30,841 nt of DNA from Crocinitomicaceae bacterium. Lineage in GTDB: Bacteria > Bacteroidota > Bacteroidia > Flavobacteriales_D > Crocinitomicaceae. The notes below the pieces were generated by a model. It made no database searches, was not told where the DNA came from, and saw only the letters and a list, made by a program, of their open reading frames with translations. The stretch lies in NCBI GenBank assembly GCA_044353545.1, contig JBILBT010000001.1, forward strand, positions 1 through 30,841, read 5' to 3'. Positions 24,732 through 30,841 of the stretch are shown here, in pieces (within the stretch, counting starts at the first letter, position 1; each line of letters opens with the position of its first letter). The translations under genes and the position numbers were made by a program.

Positions 24732-27002
24732 TTAATTCACTATTCTTTGAGTAGTAAAAAGCACCATAAACTCCTCATTCGTCGCTGGCAACTCATAGTC
24801 TAGTCGAATCCATTTTCCGCGCGTTGTGTAGGCATGGATTACTTTTGTGGGATCCAAAGTCGAATAGAATGACACGAGGTATTTACCACGGTTAACCACT
24901 TTTATTTTTAATCCTTCTTTACGCAAATCAAGGGTTTTCATCTGGTCATATCCAGGGTCAGAAAGGTTCATCTCTTTTTCAAAACAATCCGACAACGAAT
25001 AGATTGAGTACGTTTTATTTGTCACCACGCCAATGGCCGTATCGCCTGTCATGGAGCGAAGATAGATAACATCGGCATTTTTAAATGCTCCAACCGTTGG
25101 TTCGCCATCCATAGCATTGTAGGCCGATGCATCGTAGGTCCAAGAACCATCGGCATTCAACTGCGAAGCACCAGGATGCCAGTTTCCTTTTTGAAGCGGG
25201 TAAGTCGCAAGGAATTGATGCAAAAAGGCATAATCAACAAGGATTTTTGGTGTTCGTTGCGCTTCCCAGCTCATGGCTCCAGCCAATCCGGAAAAGGCAC
25301 TTTGCCAGATGGCTCTGCGTACCTCCGTTCCATTGGTATCGCAAATGGTTTGCATCGGATCCGTCTCTGCATACATCAATGGTTTCACATTGCGACGACA
25401 TGAATCTCCTAAGCTTCTGCAAGTATACGAATCGATGTTTTTCTCTTGAACAAAGGCACAATCCTCATTGAGATAGACATTCGATACGCCATAGATACGG
25501 GGTCCACCCTTGCCATTTGATGTATTACTTCCGGTGAAGAACGTGGCAAAATTAGGAGCGCTGATGTCGTAATTGTTAAAGCTCATCAGGTCAAATGATG
25601 GATCTTCATAGGTTGAATCTTCTACTGCTTTGTCCCCTGAGTAACTTCCCGTAAGGACATGAACCTGACCATAGTATTGGGTTTTGATATAGCCCGCCAT
25701 CTCAACCATCCATTCGCGATACACCGGCCAGTTTGATTCATAGAATTTGTCACTTTCATTCCCGTAGTTGATGTTTGAAATATTTGAAATCTCACTCAAG
25801 ATTTCGAACACACTGATGCGTGTCGAATAGCCCCATCGTGCGAGAATGTAGCGAATGCGTTGTTTGTAATATTTTTTCGCTTCTGTATTTTTTAAAAAAT
25901 CGAGAGGTTCCACCAAACCAAAGGCGGCTTTGTATCCGAAGGCATTGACTCCATCTTCTGGGGTTTTAGGGTCATCGATCCAATCCCATTGATTCACACC
26001 ATAAGCGTTGAATTTGAAGGTCAAGTGAATCGCCATGTTCCATTGCAAATACAGGCCTAATTCCTCTGCATGTTCGAGAATTCGGTCCATTTCCTGTGCC
26101 TGATGCAAGCGCGAGGTATAATTCCCAACACTTTCCCATTCGATTTCATTGCTCGCTGGAAACTGAATGATTCGCGCCGTTTTCACCCCATTTCTAGACA
26201 CCTTGGTCATGTATTCGAGGAACTTTTCATACACACGAGGCACACTAAAATTCGGGCGGTAATTTTCAGAGGCGGGTCCCATCAATTGCGCAAACTCAGG
26301 ATCCATGTATGGATTTGTTTCTGGCCATTTTATGTTTGGACCAATCGCAGGAAAGTAGGTATCTCCCAACTCCAAAAAGCGTTGATTTTTGGCTACATGC
26401 ACGTAACCTGGGTCATTCGAGGGTACCACATTAAATTCAATAGGTGCACTTTTTTCTTTAACCCCGTCTTTTGTTTCGAGGTAAAAAACGGCACGCCATG
26501 TTCCACTTTCAGGAGGAGCAAAGCGCACCAAGAACGGATGCTGTGTTGGCAGTTCAATCCACCCACCTAGTTTTTTATATTCATCATCCAAATAGAGATT
26601 ATTCTTCGGCCCCTGTTTCATGGGATTTTTCATCCACGATTTAAACTCAGCGTTGTAAAAGCCGTCAATCACAATTTTCTTTCCTGAAGCTACATGCTCG
26701 AATTCACCATAAAAACGCAGATCCCACTCCAAGTAGGGATTCAGCACATCAGACTGATTTACTGTTTCTTCACGTTGAGAGGAGAACCCGACAAACTGAC
26801 TGACCTTGTCCTCGATTTCTTTTGGGAAGTGAAGTGAAAACTCCGTTTTTGTGTAACAAGGTATTGCAGAGAAATCAAGAGGCTCTAAAACATTCACCTT
26901 CACATTGTCGAGGTCAACTCCTGAAACACCGGTATTCGGGCGAATTTGTGCGCTTGACATAAACGCATTGATGAGCAAGATGATCCAAAGGCTTTTATTC
27001 AT
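24732..27002 (-). CDS. Secreted hypothetical protein: DUF5060-like Ig domain + clan GH-A-like TIM barrel
   Basis: Signal peptide ..MSSA-Q; VRFAPPESGTW (DUF5060-like); RYILARWGYST..SVFEILSE (putative acid/base) and PLMYAETD (putative nucleophile). Confidence 0.6.
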   Translation of the reverse strand: MNKSLWIILLINAFMSSAQIRPNTGVSGVDLDNVKVNVLEPLDFSAIPCYTKTEFSLHFPKEIEDKVSQFVGFSSQREETVNQSDVLNPYLEWDLRFYGEFEHVASGKKIVIDGFYNAEFKSWMKNPMKQGPKNNLYLDDEYKKLGGWIELPTQHPFLVRFAPPESGTWRAVFYLETKDGVKEKSAPIEFNVVPSNDPGYVHVAKNQRFLELGDTYFPAIGPNIKWPETNPYMDPEFAQLMGPASENYRPNFSVPRVYEKFLEYMTKVSRNGVKTARIIQFPASNEIEWESVGNYTSRLHQAQEMDRILEHAEELGLYLQWNMAIHLTFKFNAYGVNQWDWIDDPKTPEDGVNAFGYKAAFGLVEPLDFLKNTEAKKYYKQRIRYILARWGYSTRISVFEILSEISNISNINYGNESDKFYESNWPVYREWMVEMAGYIKTQYYGQVHVLTGSYSGDKAVEDSTYEDPSFDLMSFNNYDISAPNFATFFTGSNTSNGKGGPRIYGVSNVYLNEDCAFVQEKNIDSYTCRSLGDSCRRNVKPLMYAETDPMQTICDTNGTEVRRAIWQSAFSGLAGAMSWEAQRTPKILVDYAFLHQFLATYPLQKGNWHPGASQLNADGSWTYDASAYNAMDGEPTVGAFKNADVIYLRSMTGDTAIGVVTNKTYSIYSLSDCFEKEMNLSDPGYDQMKTLDLRKEGLKIKVVNRGKYLVSFYSTLDPTKVIHAYTTRGKWIRLDYELPATNEEFMVLFTTQRIVN

Positions 27003-27022
27003 GGTTCTTTGAATTGGGTCAA

Positions 27023-27906
27023 TTATAAATGGTTCGTCAATCGTTCATTTGGAATGCAGAACACATTGTCATGTGCTGGCAAAGCGTTGTCACCAAAAAT
27101 TTCCACAAGTGGTGACTTACGTTCCTTCGTCCCCTTCAATCGGTAAAAACGGTATTCTCCCAAGGCACGAATTTGATTCAATGCATCGATTGATGATGAA
27201 GATACGGCTGAGGATACTTCAATGACCACAATTGGTCGACAACGCGAGAATGTTTTTTTTGCACCTGCCAATACGTAGGGTTCATAGCCCTCAACATCAA
27301 TTTTCACCATTGAAACAAGGGCATCAGCATGGTAAATATCATCAAGTGCTTCAACTGAAATCTGAGTTCCTAGACTGCCATCATCAACTACCAGAGATGC
27401 TCCTCCCCGATTGATGTGAATGTTCTCATAAATGGTTGCTGTGCCTTTTTCTGCGCCAAGAGCAAAACCATGAATAGTTATATTTTTGCAATCATTGATC
27501 CTGCAGTTCTCATGCAAGAGGATTTCTGTTTTCGGCAGTGCTTCAAAGGCATGGACATGACCATTGTCTCCAACACATTTCGCTGCGAAAATTGACATCA
27601 AGCCAATGTTCGCGCCGATATCCACGAATACATCCCCAGGTCGAAGAAAGTCCTGCATAAAACCAAGAACACCTTTTTCATAGGTGCCTGTTTCATGTAG
27701 ACTTCGCTCAACGCCATTGTCTATGGTTGGGTCGATGCGCAATGAAATGCCATGAATAGTTTCCAAAATATAGGGCCCTTTGGCTTTTGGAATCAATAAT
27801 TTTGGCAGCAAGGCCGATAATTTGCGAATACCTCGAACATTGATATTCCGCACAGCGCTAATGAGTCTGTGTCGAAACAAATAGTTCTTGACAGGCAGCG
27901 CATCCA

Positions 27907-27907
<1 letters not shown>
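27023..27907 (-). CDS. FkbM family SAM-dependent methyltransferase
   Basis: VFVDIGANIG, V.AFEA.P, ALG, VKIDVEGYE..VL.G. Confidence 0.92.
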
Positions 27908-29577
<1,670 letters not shown>

Positions 29578-29579
29578 GC

Positions 29580-30110
29580 CTATTGAAGCCATTTCAAATT
29601 TCGGGAATACATAAAAATGAACACCCCTGAAATTAAGAGGTTAAGAATAATAATGATGCTTGGGATATCGGATGGGGGAACAAATAAATACACTTGCAAC
29701 ACCGAAATCAAAGAATAAGCGATGTACACATGAAATCCAATTTTCCTGCCCAACCACATCAAAATTGCAGCCGAAATCCCGATCATCAAGACCGCCACGG
29801 CAACAGATGTCGAGGCATAAAAATGTGCGTTCAAGCCCTCCATCATCCGTTCTAATTTTTCGAGCATCACAGCCAAACTTTCCATATTCACTTCACGCAT
29901 TTGATCGATGGATTTTGCCATTTCCACTTTTTGTTCATCCATCTGCTCCGCACTCATCGGTCCACCTAAGAGTTTTGGGAAGCCAGAGAGAATGTCCATT
30001 CCAGTAGAAATGAAAGTTAAAATACAAAGTACCGTTAGAAACTTCGGTCTTTTCGGCTGAAATGATGTCCCTTCATCAATGAAGTCCTTTGTGAATTCGT
30101 GTTCTTCCAT
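29580..30110 (-). CDS. Hypothetical membrane protein (about 4 TM segments)
   Basis: KRPKFLTVLCILTFI, a charged helical loop, then three hydrophobic helices. Confidence 0.75.
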   Translation of the reverse strand: MEEHEFTKDFIDEGTSFQPKRPKFLTVLCILTFISTGMDILSGFPKLLGGPMSAEQMDEQKVEMAKSIDQMREVNMESLAVMLEKLERMMEGLNAHFYASTSVAVAVLMIGISAAILMWLGRKIGFHVYIAYSLISVLQVYLFVPPSDIPSIIIILNLLISGVFIFMYSRNLKWLQ

Positions 30111-30114
30111 GAAC

Positions 30115-30841
30115 TTAATTTAAATGTTGAATAAATTGAACACTCTGCTGCATCAATGGACGCATGTATTCATCTTTTGAAATATAAGGTACGACTGCTC
30201 TAAAATCAGCAAATAAATGTTCAATTGGAGCGGATGATTTTAAGGGTCGTCTAAATTCGAATGCTTGAGCAGCGGCGAGTAATTCGATGCCTTGCAGTGA
30301 CAGGCAATTCTCGATCACCTTAAACAGCTTCGTTGCTGCATTTGCCCCCATGCTGACATGATCTTCTTGACCATTTGACGAATCGATTGAATCAATAGAT
30401 GCTGGCGTGCAGTATTGCTTGTTTTGACTTACGATGGAAGCTGCAGTATATTGCACAATCATGAAACCTGAATTCAATCCCGCATTTTCTGCTAAGAATG
30501 GAGGTAGATTGCGCGTACCTGAAATCAATTTATAGACACGACGCTCCGAAATCGATCCCAACTCTGCCATCGCAATGGCTAAAAAGTCCATGGTAATCGC
30601 TAGAGGTTGTCCATGAAAGTTTCCAGCTGAAACAATTTCCTCCTCCTCGGGAAAAATCGTTGGATTATCGGTTACAGCATTCACTTCGCGCTCAACGATA
30701 CTTGAGCAATAGTCGATGGCATCTTTGGATGCGCCATGAACTTGAGGTATGCATCGAAACGAATACGGATCTTGAACATGCGCTTTTGTCTGACAAATGA
30801 TTTCACTTCCTTCAAAAACAGCACGAAAGGCCTCCGCAGTC
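30115..30841 (-). CDS. hutH: Histidine ammonia-lyase, 5'-truncated by the window edge
   Basis: The frame is open to the window edge: QDPYSFRCIPQVHGA, NAVTDNP, GNFHGQP, SERR, NSGFMI.QY.AAS, QEDHVSMG. Confidence 0.97.
   Translation of the reverse strand, partial: TAEAFRAVFEGSEIICQTKAHVQDPYSFRCIPQVHGASKDAIDYCSSIVEREVNAVTDNPTIFPEEEEIVSAGNFHGQPLAITMDFLAIAMAELGSISERRVYKLISGTRNLPPFLAENAGLNSGFMIVQYTAASIVSQNKQYCTPASIDSIDSSNGQEDHVSMGANAATKLFKVIENCLSLQGIELLAAAQAFEFRRPLKSSAPIEHLFADFRAVVPYISKDEYMRPLMQQSVQFIQHLN

Overview
A 30.8-kb chromosomal window from a Bacteroidota bacterium, most plausibly Flavobacteriales (inference). The support is PorQ, a T9SS C-terminal sorting domain, TAnnTTTG promoters and Gln directly after several predicted signal-peptide cleavage sites. 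It holds 25 CDS, mostly housekeeping or envelope genes (lon, meaB, porQ, cmk, mazG, an ABC-F ATPase, hutH, a TonB receptor, an M61 peptidase), two of them cut by the window edges. I found no rRNA, tRNA, transposase, integrase or CRISPR array. The most unusual signal is non-coding. A 660-bp spacer between convergent genes (2255-2916) is a mosaic of repeated modules bracketed by inverted heptamer arrays. It contains a roughly 16-nt-periodic array of mini-hairpins whose stems differ while their G-N(1-2)-A loops are kept, separated by CAAATT linkers. The same modules recur, inverted, 22 kb away (24469-24731), which points to a dispersed structured-ssDNA repeat family. Other points: a probable TauE/SafE gene relic after lon, a palindromic operator candidate before lon, tandem outer-membrane beta-barrel paralogs with different promoter classes, and an atypical secreted GH-A-like protein. 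All family calls come from motif recognition, not database searches.
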